A DNA stretch of 64,000 nucleotides from a virus: positions 2,921 to 66,920 of IMG/VR virus record IMGVR_UViG_2974529149_000001; one strand, written 5' to 3'. The number at the start of each line of letters is the position of its first letter. The first letter of the stretch is position 1. The notes under the pieces are model-generated. The model saw only the letters and a program-made list of their open reading frames with translations. It was not told the DNA's origin and ran no database searches. Of the stretch, positions 1 through 9,137 are shown in pieces. The translations under genes and the position numbers were made by a program.

Positions 1-411
1 CGCAACGCGATGAAGGAAGCCGAGCTGGTGTCCGTCCTGGACCAGCTGTTCTACGACCTCGCCATGAAGTGGTTCCCGGCGTACGAGGGCCTGAGCTTTG
101 GCAGCGTCGTTCCCATCGTCAGCTTCGGCGACCCGATGCCCGTGGACCGCAAGGCGGTCATCGATGAGGTCATGGCGCTGATCGGGGCAACGCCGCCGTT
201 GATCACCCTGGAGATGGCAGTCGAGAGGCTGGCTTCTGTCGGATACACCTTTGGCCCGAATGCTGTCGAAGACCTGTTTGCCCTCATGGCTCGCATCAGT
301 GAAACGTTGCTTGGCGGAGGGACAGGAACCCAGACTGGCGAAGAGCTTGGCGATGGGGCCGAGGTCGATGAAGGTGAAGAGCCGGTCGATGATGAGGAAC
401 CGGTCGCTTAG
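1..411 (+). CDS. Portal protein, C-terminal part (gene starts before window)
   Basis: Frame is open from the window edge; FGDPMPVDRKAVIDEV segment and acidic tail are typical of actinophage portal C-termini; lies upstream of head genes. Confidence 0.65.
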   Translation, partial: RNAMKEAELVSVLDQLFYDLAMKWFPAYEGLSFGSVVPIVSFGDPMPVDRKAVIDEVMALIGATPPLITLEMAVERLASVGYTFGPNAVEDLFALMARISETLLGGGTGTQTGEELGDGAEVDEGEEPVDDEEPVA

Positions 412-433
412 CTCTGCGTAACGCTGCTCACCC

Positions 434-441
434 GGTATACT
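434..441 (+). promoter_or_regulatory. Putative -10 element GGTATACT
   Basis: Intergenic; the same GGTATACT occurs before the JAB gene (6557) and twice before lysin A (28293, 28304). Confidence 0.5.
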
Positions 442-489
442 GCTGATCAAGCAATGGTTGGCGCCTAACCTCGATCAGAAGGATACCCC

Positions 490-1962
490 ATGGCCAACGT
501 CTGGTATATCGGAGACGCCCAAGAGCGCATCCTCAAATTTGGAAGCCAGGAGTTTACCTGGAATAAGTGGAATGGCTGGAGCATCAATGAGAATGCATTC
601 ACCAGCCAACAACTTCTGGCTTTGGATGCCGACCCTGGATTCTTGCTTAATCAGGATGGACCTCGGGTTGCTCCACCGTGGACGCCTGATTCTCGGGTTG
701 GTCCGGAGTCGGTGTACCTGGCTGAGGTTCGCAAGGTTCACGATGCCGTGATCGGCCGGCAACGTTTTGACGTTATGTCCGGTGTTCGCCATCGTCTCGC
801 CACCAATCAGGACACGGTTTGGACGCATTTGGGTGACTCCACTGCAAACGCTGATGACGAGTGGCTGAAGCTGATGATGAATCAGTTCCGCAACGACTAC
901 CCCAGCATGAAGGTGACCCACGAGCTTTGGAACGATACCTCCAAGAGTTACGACGCTCCGGTGACCCATCAGGCAGGTGGAGCCCTCGTACCCACTCCGC
1001 AGACGATGGTGCTCAACACGAGCAATCAGGCGTACAACGCGAGAGATGATAACGGTGGCGTTCAGTCGATCTTGGATTTCAGCTGGCCTCAACGCACCAC
1101 CGGAGACCCCAACACCGGATCGCGCATTCACCTCCTGTCAAAGAACACTGCTGTTGCCGGTGTCTTCGCAGAGTCCTCGGTCAATGACGCAAGCGTCACG
1201 CTATCTCTCTACAAGCGCATTGGGGGAACAGCAACTGCTCTGGGTACCGGGGTAAGCATCACAAGGGACAACCTTGCTTCGGGTGGCAGCGGCAGGCTCA
1301 TCCTGGAAGTTGATGGGCTGAACGTTACGGCAACCTTGATTGTGGGCGGGCAGTCAACCACCCGAACAGGAACGCTCTTGGCTTCTGACATCACTGAGAT
1401 CGGTGCCGATCGTCACTACGGTCAGCTCAGCCTGGGTTCGAATCACACCCACACTTCGTGGACGATTGGGTCTGCGCCGAACAATGCGAGCATCGGTAAG
1501 TTTCGGATCGTCAATGGCTCCATGCCTGGCGCGTCCCTGACGTACCTGAACACGAACCTCAACGCGATGACTCCTGTGGACAGCCATGTGCTCACTGTGG
1601 CCACTTCGCACAATCATTCACATCTCGAAACGCCCGAGCAGTATATCATGAACCTCGACACCTTCATCAAGAAGGCGAAGGCTCGGATGCCTTCTGCCGT
1701 GGTAATTGTTTCATCGCAGAATCCGAAGTGGTCGCCGCAGACGGAGACGTCTATTCAGGCCCATCGCGCTCGCCTGTTGGCATTGGACGACTACACCCGG
1801 AAGAATGGTTACGGGTATATCCCAGCGTTCGAGCAGTTCGATTCACGAACGGATCGTGGCAAGAACTGGATGAATTCTGATGGTATCCATCCGATCCAGG
1901 TGGGCTCTGAGGCTTGGGCGACGGCGGCTCTCAAGGTCTTTCGTGGCGTGGCTCCTTTTTGA
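490..1962 (+). CDS. SGNH/GDSL hydrolase-domain protein, paralog 1 (probably virion-associated)
   Basis: LGDSTAN block I and DGIHP block V, with a beta-rich insert; first ~70 aa homologous to the 2048 protein. Confidence 0.7.
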   Translation: MANVWYIGDAQERILKFGSQEFTWNKWNGWSINENAFTSQQLLALDADPGFLLNQDGPRVAPPWTPDSRVGPESVYLAEVRKVHDAVIGRQRFDVMSGVRHRLATNQDTVWTHLGDSTANADDEWLKLMMNQFRNDYPSMKVTHELWNDTSKSYDAPVTHQAGGALVPTPQTMVLNTSNQAYNARDDNGGVQSILDFSWPQRTTGDPNTGSRIHLLSKNTAVAGVFAESSVNDASVTLSLYKRIGGTATALGTGVSITRDNLASGGSGRLILEVDGLNVTATLIVGGQSTTRTGTLLASDITEIGADRHYGQLSLGSNHTHTSWTIGSAPNNASIGKFRIVNGSMPGASLTYLNTNLNAMTPVDSHVLTVATSHNHSHLETPEQYIMNLDTFIKKAKARMPSAVVIVSSQNPKWSPQTETSIQAHRARLLALDDYTRKNGYGYIPAFEQFDSRTDRGKNWMNSDGIHPIQVGSEAWATAALKVFRGVAPF

Positions 1963-1965
1963 TCA

Positions 1966-2010
1966 ATGCTGAACGAGGCTGACGCCACACGCTATAATCG
2001 AGGCATACGA
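1966..2010 (+). repeat. 45-bp repeat copy 1, contains TATAAT (putative promoter)
   Basis: 40/45 identical to 3594-3638; TATAAT at 1993-1998. Confidence 0.85.
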
Positions 2011-2047
2011 AGAAGCCCAAGAGGCTCCACTATAGGAAGAGTAGGCA

Positions 2048-3544
2048 ATGGCCAACGTATGGTACATCGGTGACGCCCAGGTCCGTGAGGTATACGGCCA
2101 GCGCTTCGACGTCTACAATGGTTGGGCGGTCAACGAGTCCGCGTTCACCAGTGGCCAGCGAGCTGATTTGGATGCAGACCCTGGTTTTCTTCTTGGGCAG
2201 AATGGTCCTCGCGTCAATCCGCCATGGACTCCTGATGGGGCAGTGGGTCGTGATGCCACTTTGCTCCAGAAGATGCTTGACATCTACAATGAGATTCCCG
2301 GTCGGTTAGGTAAAGCGGCACTCGACGCCACTTATGTGCGGTCTGTGAACGGCGTCCCGGTCAACCCTGAGACCGGCAACGTGGAGATCGAAGCGGGCAG
2401 CGGCATCCGGACCGTGGTGGTCGGCGACTCGAACACCGAAAACGGTGGCGGCCCCGGAGTCTCGCGGTCGTGGCGCCCCGGTGCGCCGTGGACATGGGCA
2501 ATGATGCTCTCGGGGTGGCGCTGCGAGGTCGTTCACAACGCGGGCATTGGCGGCGAGACCACTACCCAAATCCTCGCCCGGTACAACACCGACGTGATCG
2601 CAAAAGCGCCTAATTTGGTGATCCTGTCCGCAGGCACCAACGATGCCGGGACCACCGCGATTACCGTGCCGCTGGAGACGACCAAGGCGAACATCACGGA
2701 GATGATCGCCCGCAACCGGGCGATCGGCGCGAAGACGATCATCGGCACCATCCCGCCCCGCAACAGCCGCGATGCCACCACCCGCGCCCACGCGCTGCCT
2801 CTCAATGCCTGGATTCGTCGTCTGCCGCTGACCCAGCCGGACGTGTGGGTGGTCGACTACTACCTGTACCTCGCCGACGTCGCATCGACCTCAGTCGCCG
2901 ACCAGTGGATCACCGACTACTCCAACGACGGCACCCACTTCCGGCCGAAAGGCGCACGCATCGCGGGCATGAAGCTGGCCGAGATCATCACTCAACTGTT
3001 CCCGCCACTGACACGAATCTCCCCGGTGCGGGGCGACGCCACGAATCTGATCACCAACCAGGGCCAGTTCGTCGGCGCGTCGGCAGGTGTCGCCCCGACC
3101 GGGTGGACGTTGAGCAACTCGGGCACGATGGCCCCGTACATCACCGGCCTGGTCCCGCGCACCGACGGCGTACCAGGGTCATGGCTGGAAGTGGTGGTGC
3201 CCAACGGCGGCAGCTTCGTCATGTCGCGGGCCATCACTTCACAGGTGAGCGTGGGTGACACTATCCAGGCGGCGGTCGAGTTCGACTTCTCCGCACTCGA
3301 AGCCTCACCGTCGGTGTACCAGTACGCCTCGCTCGATCTGTCGATCGGACCGGCCTACACCAACTCCCAGGCGATGGGCCACGCGGAAGGATCGGACTAC
3401 AACCATGGCTCCGACGCCCGCAAGGGTGTCCTGCTGACACCTCCGCGAACGTTGGTCACCGGCGACACTCCGACCCAGATCATGTTCGACATCAGGGGTG
3501 GCGGCACCTACCGCTTCGCCAACGCCACGGTGTCGAAGGTCTGA
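2048..3544 (+). CDS. SGNH/GDSL hydrolase-domain protein, paralog 2
   Basis: VGDSNTE, NAGIGGETT, GTND and DGTHF blocks; tail-fibre-like linker LDATYVRSVNG; beta-rich C-terminus. Confidence 0.8.
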   Translation: MANVWYIGDAQVREVYGQRFDVYNGWAVNESAFTSGQRADLDADPGFLLGQNGPRVNPPWTPDGAVGRDATLLQKMLDIYNEIPGRLGKAALDATYVRSVNGVPVNPETGNVEIEAGSGIRTVVVGDSNTENGGGPGVSRSWRPGAPWTWAMMLSGWRCEVVHNAGIGGETTTQILARYNTDVIAKAPNLVILSAGTNDAGTTAITVPLETTKANITEMIARNRAIGAKTIIGTIPPRNSRDATTRAHALPLNAWIRRLPLTQPDVWVVDYYLYLADVASTSVADQWITDYSNDGTHFRPKGARIAGMKLAEIITQLFPPLTRISPVRGDATNLITNQGQFVGASAGVAPTGWTLSNSGTMAPYITGLVPRTDGVPGSWLEVVVPNGGSFVMSRAITSQVSVGDTIQAAVEFDFSALEASPSVYQYASLDLSIGPAYTNSQAMGHAEGSDYNHGSDARKGVLLTPPRTLVTGDTPTQIMFDIRGGGTYRFANATVSKV

Positions 3545-3593
3545 CCCGCCCATAACTCCCCGATATGCCGCCCATATCCCCGGAGATGCCAAC

Positions 3594-3638
3594 ATGCTGA
3601 ACGAGTCTGATGCGGCACGCTATAATCGAGGCAGACGA
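3594..3638 (+). repeat. 45-bp repeat copy 2, contains TATAAT (putative promoter)
   Basis: Matches 1966-2010; TATAAT at 3621-3626. Confidence 0.85.
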
Positions 3639-3720
3639 CCGGCCCGCCCCATGAAAGGCGTGGCATCGAGTCGGGTAGCCCGGAGGGCGATCACAGGCCG
3701 ACGCAAGCGAAAGTGATCTG

Positions 3721-4023
3721 ATGCCAGACTACGGTTCGACACCCAAGGTGCCGAAGCGTCGTCAACGGCCCAAGATGCGACAGCAGCGTCGAGACTACAA
3801 ACGGAAGCGTGACCGTGAAGGTCGCTTCGCTTCCACAGATCGTTCAGTGTCGTCTCGCCGGTATATCAGGGAACTTCGCCGAAAGTCCAAGAACCCCCGC
3901 CGTACCCGTAACACGTCCAAGAACATCTACAACGAACGTGGCGGACTCAAGTCCGCAAGTGCCAAAAGAGCGGGGAAGCGCCGAGGTACTGCTAGGAATA
4001 ATTCCAAGCGAACTCGGAGGTAG
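3721..4023 (+). CDS. Highly basic protamine-like protein
   Basis: 39 K+R in 100 aa; RDREGRF motif; first of a tightly packed operon. Confidence 0.7.
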   Translation: MPDYGSTPKVPKRRQRPKMRQQRRDYKRKRDREGRFASTDRSVSSRRYIRELRRKSKNPRRTRNTSKNIYNERGGLKSASAKRAGKRRGTARNNSKRTRR

Positions 4024-4025
4024 AA

Positions 4026-4394
4026 GTGGCCAAGCGGAAACGCAAAGCGGTACGTCGGACCCTCAAGGGCCGTGCTGCCAAGGGTCGTATTCCTCGTGAT
4101 AAGAATGGCAAGTTCGTGGACGCCAACGGTCGCAACCGATCGACTGGCCCGAACCTGAAGAATCTCAAAAAGGGTCGAACGAAGGCCGCTGCCAAGAAGA
4201 GGTCCAAGAAGAAGAAGTCTTCCAGCAGGGCTGGGGCCATTGCTGCTGGCGTCGCTGCATACGCAGCCAACCGATACACCAACAAGCTGAAGAACGAGGC
4301 TGAGAAGCATCTGTCCAAGGCCGAGGACAAGGTGGCAAGGGTTGCCAAGGCCAAGATCAAGCAGGCAGTCAAGTCGCGGAAGGCGAGGAAGTAA
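4026..4394 (+). CDS. Highly basic protein with Gly/Ala hydrophobic segment
   Basis: GGAGG RBS; RDKNGKF motif; AGAIAAGVAAYAA segment; TAATG coupling to the next gene. Confidence 0.75.
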   Translation: MAKRKRKAVRRTLKGRAAKGRIPRDKNGKFVDANGRNRSTGPNLKNLKKGRTKAAAKKRSKKKKSSSRAGAIAAGVAAYAANRYTNKLKNEAEKHLSKAEDKVARVAKAKIKQAVKSRKARK

Positions 4395-5416
4395 TGGCCA
4401 AGAAGCGGTACAAGAAGTACCGTCGCCGTGTTGGTGGCAATCGTGCCTGGGGCAACGCGCTTGGCGGATACAAGAGCCAGGCCCGAGTCGATGGGCAGTT
4501 TGCCCGTGGTAAGGGTGGCAATCGAAAGTCGGCATCGGCCCGCCGCGCCGAGGGGTACCGCAAGAAGCAGGCCAAGGATCGAAAGCGTCGGCAGAAGCGT
4601 AATGCCACGATTGGGGCTGCGGTCGGTGCAACCATCGTTGTCGGTGCCGGAGCATACGCTGTCCACAAGAGTCGGCAGTCGAAGGCATCGGCCACCAACG
4701 GCGTCCAGATGAAGACCTTCCGTAGCGTCAAGCGTCGCCCCAAGAAGATCGTTCCGACGCCCAAGGCGGTGCCCACGGTCGGGAAGACGTCGATGGGGCG
4801 GAAGGACTTGCCCAAGAAGCCGATCCCGCCCAAGAGCATCGTTGAGCAGGCTCGACATATCCAGGGGCAGCGTGCAGCGTCGAACGAGCGCATGGGAACG
4901 TTCAAGTACCGGGGCAACAAGGGCGAATGGCGCGACCCCAACAACAAGAACAAGCAGCACGGCACTCTGAAGCCGGGGGCTCAGACGAACGGGTCTCAGG
5001 ACATATTCACTGGCGTCATGCCTCGGTCAACGGGTCGGCTGAAGATCACCGACACCAATGCGCTGAATGCGGCGATGGAAGACTACGCTGCATCGCAGGG
5101 TATCCAGCTGGGTACCACGACCAGCAAGTCTGTTCGTCGGACGCCGCGCATGACGAAGGGGCAGTTGGCTGGGGCACTTCGTAAGGATCGCGCTCGGCAC
5201 TCCCAGCGCGCCCTGAACAATGGTCGTGCCTTGTGGCACGGCGTCCAGACTGGGCAGATCAAGACGGTGCCTGGAACCGGATCAATCAAGAGCCTGGCTG
5301 GCAATTCGGCGGCTGGTTATGCACTTCGTAATGGTGCCAACCTGTATGCCGCCAACTTCACCTTGAAGAACACGCCCCGCAAACGGAAGCTCAAGCCCAA
5401 GCCGATGCTACCATAA
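4394..5416 (+). CDS. Highly basic protein with RAWGNALGG motif and hydrophobic segment
   Basis: 340-aa ORF, translationally coupled; motif shared with the 5677 ORF. Confidence 0.8.
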   Translation: MAKKRYKKYRRRVGGNRAWGNALGGYKSQARVDGQFARGKGGNRKSASARRAEGYRKKQAKDRKRRQKRNATIGAAVGATIVVGAGAYAVHKSRQSKASATNGVQMKTFRSVKRRPKKIVPTPKAVPTVGKTSMGRKDLPKKPIPPKSIVEQARHIQGQRAASNERMGTFKYRGNKGEWRDPNNKNKQHGTLKPGAQTNGSQDIFTGVMPRSTGRLKITDTNALNAAMEDYAASQGIQLGTTTSKSVRRTPRMTKGQLAGALRKDRARHSQRALNNGRALWHGVQTGQIKTVPGTGSIKSLAGNSAAGYALRNGANLYAANFTLKNTPRKRKLKPKPMLP

Positions 5417-5428
5417 GGAGTGATGGCA

Positions 5429-5677
5429 ATGGCCGTTAGCCGAATGCCGCCACAACTTCAAAAGAGCTATCTCACTGGCAAGGTCGCGAAGCGAATCAGG
5501 TGGGGGACGCCAGGCGACTATCGTAGATGTCGTAGGCAAGCTCTCAAGCATGGGATGACCCCGCATCAGGCAGCAGGAGTATGCCAGACGCTCCACAAGA
5601 AGGCCACTGGTATGTACACTGGTGATCGTCGTCACCTTGGCAAGAAAGCCAAGAGAGGCAGAAAGAAGAGGCGATAA
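5429..5677 (+). CDS. Small basic protein with IRWGTPGD-C-C-H motif
   Basis: AAGGAG RBS; IRWGTPGDYRRC...GVCQTLHKKATG resembles a conserved actinophage head-region domain. Confidence 0.7.
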   Translation: MAVSRMPPQLQKSYLTGKVAKRIRWGTPGDYRRCRRQALKHGMTPHQAAGVCQTLHKKATGMYTGDRRHLGKKAKRGRKKRR

Positions 5678-6549
5678 TGGCCATCCGGCGTATCAGCGTC
5701 CCGAAGATTGGCGGAGGGCGCGCTTGGGGCAATGCCCTTGGTGGCTTCCGATTCCAGCATCGGAACCGTCTCGGTGAGTTCGCGCTGTCTGGGCAGAAGA
5801 CGAACCGGGAACGGTACCTGGACGCTATCGCCAAGTCCCGTCGTCGGGGCAAGGTGGCCGCTGCCCGCAAGATCAAGAACCCGAATGCCACGACTCCTCA
5901 CGGCAAGGCCGCGATGAAGTCGGCAGCGGCTCGGGCGACAAATGGGAAGAAGATCACCGCCGGTCTGGGAATTGCCGGTGGCACCGTAGCGGCCATCGGA
6001 ATCATCCGGACCGTCTCTGGTCTGTCGCCGTTCTTTGACATCAGTCGAAAGAACTTTCGCATTGGCGTCAAGCCGTCGGTTGATCTGGGGCGCAACTTCA
6101 AGTTGAACACCGTTCACTCCATCGGCATTGAGCGGACGGGTGATGACCTCTTCGACAAGGCCATCAAGCGCGGGCAGGAGGGCGTCTCGATTGGTACTCG
6201 CCGAGCCTTTGGCAATGGATCTCGGGGAGACCTGGCAGTTGGCATCGCTGACAACATCACTGGCCGTCAGACGCAGCTGAAAGTTGCTGGTATCAAGCTC
6301 ACCCAGGAAGGCGGCGGTGCCGGAACGGCACGACGTTGGCGTTACAGTGGTGGCAACAGCAGCGGTAAGGCTGCGGTACCAGGAGCGCCTGCCTCGGCGA
6401 AGAATGCCAAGAGCAAGCGCAAGCCTGGCAAGGGTGCCCACACCGTGACCACCACTGCCAAGGGCAAGCCTGCCGTTCGGGGCCAGCGCCGAAAGAAGAA
6501 GGCAAAGGCTGCCAGCCAAAAGCGTCGGGGTCGAAGCTACACCAAGTGA
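5677..6549 (+). CDS. Highly basic protein with RAWGNALGG motif and hydrophobic segment
   Basis: 290-aa ORF; RAWGNALGG...RNRLGEF; ITAGLGIAGGTVAAIGII. Confidence 0.8.
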   Translation: MAIRRISVPKIGGGRAWGNALGGFRFQHRNRLGEFALSGQKTNRERYLDAIAKSRRRGKVAAARKIKNPNATTPHGKAAMKSAAARATNGKKITAGLGIAGGTVAAIGIIRTVSGLSPFFDISRKNFRIGVKPSVDLGRNFKLNTVHSIGIERTGDDLFDKAIKRGQEGVSIGTRRAFGNGSRGDLAVGIADNITGRQTQLKVAGIKLTQEGGGAGTARRWRYSGGNSSGKAAVPGAPASAKNAKSKRKPGKGAHTVTTTAKGKPAVRGQRRKKKAKAASQKRRGRSYTK

Positions 6550-6590
6550 TCCAGCAGGTATACTAGGTGAGAACCTAGTAGGAGGATACC

Positions 6591-7040
6591 ATGGAGTACA
6601 TGCCTGCTGATCTGGCCAGGACGCTATCTGCGATGGCCAGGGGCACCCACAATGAGATTTGTGGATTCATCTTGGATGACTGGACGTTGATCTCCGTCCG
6701 GAATGTCGCCCAATTGCCAACCATCAGCTTTGAGATGAGTATGAATGCCATCCTCGGGGCTGTGGAGATGGCCGCAGCATCTGGCCGGGAGATTCTGGGT
6801 ACCTACCACAGCCACCCTGGCGGATCAACCGAGCCCAGCGAAACCGACCTTCATGGCTGGCCTCGATTCATTGATGGATCATACGCTCGGTACTGGGTGG
6901 TAACCGGCGATACCGTTCGGGAGTTCGAGCGAACCGGGGAAGGATCAGATATTGGCTTCCAGCTCATTCATTCTATCGGAATCGGGGTCGTCGTCAAAAG
7001 ACCCGAAGAAGGTATGGATCAATCGGTACCTGAGGATTGA
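6591..7040 (+). CDS. JAB/MPN+ (JAMM) metallopeptidase
   Basis: EICGFI ... YHSHPGGSTEPSETD matches E-x(n)-HxH-x7-S-x2-D. Confidence 0.9.
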   Translation: MEYMPADLARTLSAMARGTHNEICGFILDDWTLISVRNVAQLPTISFEMSMNAILGAVEMAAASGREILGTYHSHPGGSTEPSETDLHGWPRFIDGSYARYWVVTGDTVREFERTGEGSDIGFQLIHSIGIGVVVKRPEEGMDQSVPED

Positions 7041-7899
7041 TCGTGAGTTCAACAAGGAACTCAATGAAGCACTTGTTCAAGCTGCCGAAGATGTTGAGCG
7101 GGAAGTTACTGAGCTCTTCGCCAAAGCCGGTGTGGGAGCCACTGTCCGCCGCGCTCAGCTCACAGGAGCTTCAGGAGTTATCACAAAAGTCCTCCATGCT
7201 CTATTTCTTTCCTCGGGAACACTCATTGGAACGTACCGAGCGAAAGCCGCGACCGAATCCGTCAAGGCCGCCAATGTCTGGGATGATGAGGTACTCAAAG
7301 CCCTCATACCGGACCCGGCGAAGCGTAAGGTCTTCAAGTCCAGTCTTGAGCTTACCGCATCACGCAATGTGGAGGCCATGGTCAAGCGAGTCACCGGTGA
7401 CACGGTCACTCTGAGCCGGAGGGTCTACCGAAGTGAAGCGTTGGCTCGTGGGCAGATTGACCGTGTCATCAACTCCAGCTTGGCTAAAGGCGACAGTGCT
7501 GCTGAGCTCGCACGCAAGGCGAAAGCCTTTATCCACCCTTCTACTCCTGGTGGAGCTTCTTACGCTGCTAAGCGCCTTGGCCGTACTGAAATCAATAATG
7601 CGTTTCATGCCCAGGCAATCGAAACCAACAAGAGCCGACCTTGGGTTAGTCAAATCCGATGGCACCTCAGTGGCAGTCACACACCACGACCTGGTGATCC
7701 ATGCGAACGGTACTACCGACAGGGAGTATTCCCTGTGGGATCAACTCCAAAGAAGCCACACCCACAGTGCCTCTGTTATATCACTCCAGAAGTACCGCCA
7801 ATCGAGGTGATCCTCCAGCAGTACGAATCGGGGATATACGACCAATGGCTGGCCGATAACAGGCTCGAACGTGACAGTAGGGTATTATCACCTGCGTAA
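6952..7899 (+). CDS. MuF-like minor head / head morphogenesis protein
   Basis: RLGRTEINNAFH and C-terminal PHPQCLC motifs; TTG start with GAAGGA RBS; upstream of scaffold. Confidence 0.8.
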   Translation: MASSSFILSESGSSSKDPKKVWINRYLRIDREFNKELNEALVQAAEDVEREVTELFAKAGVGATVRRAQLTGASGVITKVLHALFLSSGTLIGTYRAKAATESVKAANVWDDEVLKALIPDPAKRKVFKSSLELTASRNVEAMVKRVTGDTVTLSRRVYRSEALARGQIDRVINSSLAKGDSAAELARKAKAFIHPSTPGGASYAAKRLGRTEINNAFHAQAIETNKSRPWVSQIRWHLSGSHTPRPGDPCERYYRQGVFPVGSTPKKPHPQCLCYITPEVPPIEVILQQYESGIYDQWLADNRLERDSRVLSPA

Positions 7900-7924
7900 A
7901 GGGATCAACGAACCGGAGGTTCAC

Positions 7925-8713
7925 ATGTACGGCTTGAAGCCACTGAAGGCGCTCTCGGAAGCCACAGCCATTCCATTCTGGTCGCTCAGCATCTACGGTG
8001 CCGAGGGCGAAGAGGGTGGCGACGGTGGCGACGGCCAGGGCGGCGGCGATGATGACGGCGGCGACGATGATGGTGGCGACGATGAAGGCGGCGACGACAA
8101 GACCGACTTCTCGGCCATCAGCGACCCCAATGAGCGCCGCATCGCCGAGCTGAGCGACGAGGCTGCCAAGGCCCGCATCGCCAAGCGGGAGATGAAGAAG
8201 GAACACGCCGCCCAGATCAATGATCTCAACAAGCGGATCAAGGACCTGGAGAAGGCAGCCAAGGGCGGCGAGGGTGGACCTGAGATCACCGATGAGATTC
8301 GGGCCGAGATCGAGCAGCCCCACGTCGAGAAGATCGGCCAGCTGGAGAAGTTCGCCTACCGGCAGGCCATCGAGAATGCCATTCTCAAGGAGTCCGTGGC
8401 GGACGGGGCCGCTCGCCGGGTTTGGTTCGACACCTCCGACGTGATCGCCAACCTCGACATGGATGCAATCGACTTCGACCTCGAATCAGGTAGTATCGAC
8501 GGTATCGCGGACGAGCTGAACCGCATCGCCTCAGCCAAGCCCCATCTCGTGAAGGAGAAGGGCAAGGTCAAGAAGAAGGAAGATGATGGCCAGCAGAGCC
8601 GCAGGGGAGCTTCTGGGAGACAACCTGGCGGTGCCGGGGCCCAAATCCATGGTATGGATAAGTCACGAAGAGATGAACTGGGCGCCAAGTACCCGGTTCT
8701 GAATCGCCGCTAG
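7925..8713 (+). CDS. Capsid scaffolding protein
   Basis: Acidic Gly/Asp N-terminus, coiled coil, directly before capsid genes; GGAGGT RBS. Confidence 0.75.
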   Translation: MYGLKPLKALSEATAIPFWSLSIYGAEGEEGGDGGDGQGGGDDDGGDDDGGDDEGGDDKTDFSAISDPNERRIAELSDEAAKARIAKREMKKEHAAQINDLNKRIKDLEKAAKGGEGGPEITDEIRAEIEQPHVEKIGQLEKFAYRQAIENAILKESVADGAARRVWFDTSDVIANLDMDAIDFDLESGSIDGIADELNRIASAKPHLVKEKGKVKKKEDDGQQSRRGASGRQPGGAGAQIHGMDKSRRDELGAKYPVLNRR

Positions 8714-8733
8714 TCCAAGAAAGGTAGTAGACT

Positions 8734-9123
8734 GTGAGCGCAGACTACGACAAGTACGAGCCGTACTCCAACGGCTTTCGTGCGATCCTCAACGCTGACT
8801 TCACGGATGACACCAAGTTCGGTGTCCCCCTGGGTGTTGGCCTGAACGCCAACGGTCTCCTCGTCATCGGTGCCGGTCAGACCGGTATCGTTGGCGTGAT
8901 GATCCTCGGCAAGAAGAAGAAGGCTGGCGCCGCAGTCGACACCATGACGTCCGGTGAGATCACCGGCTTCGCGGGAGTCGCTGGCACCAAGTACTTCGCT
9001 GATGCCTCCACCGGAGAGCTCAGCGCAACGGATGGCGCGGGCAAGACGTTCATCGGCTTCACCGCCGAGGCTGACCGTCTGATCGTTCGCACCGGCTCCA
9101 ACTACAAGACCCCCACGGTCTGA
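8734..9123 (+). CDS. Capsid decoration/cement protein
   Basis: 129-aa Gly-rich beta protein between scaffold and major capsid. Confidence 0.6.
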   Translation: MSADYDKYEPYSNGFRAILNADFTDDTKFGVPLGVGLNANGLLVIGAGQTGIVGVMILGKKKKAGAAVDTMTSGEITGFAGVAGTKYFADASTGELSATDGAGKTFIGFTAEADRLIVRTGSNYKTPTV

Positions 9124-9137
9124 GAGGAACCAGAACA

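Noticed and set aside
8010..8100. GGC/GAC-rich repeats in scaffold (similar low complexity at 40150-40320)
   Set aside because: Explained by low-complexity protein linkers with synonymous variation
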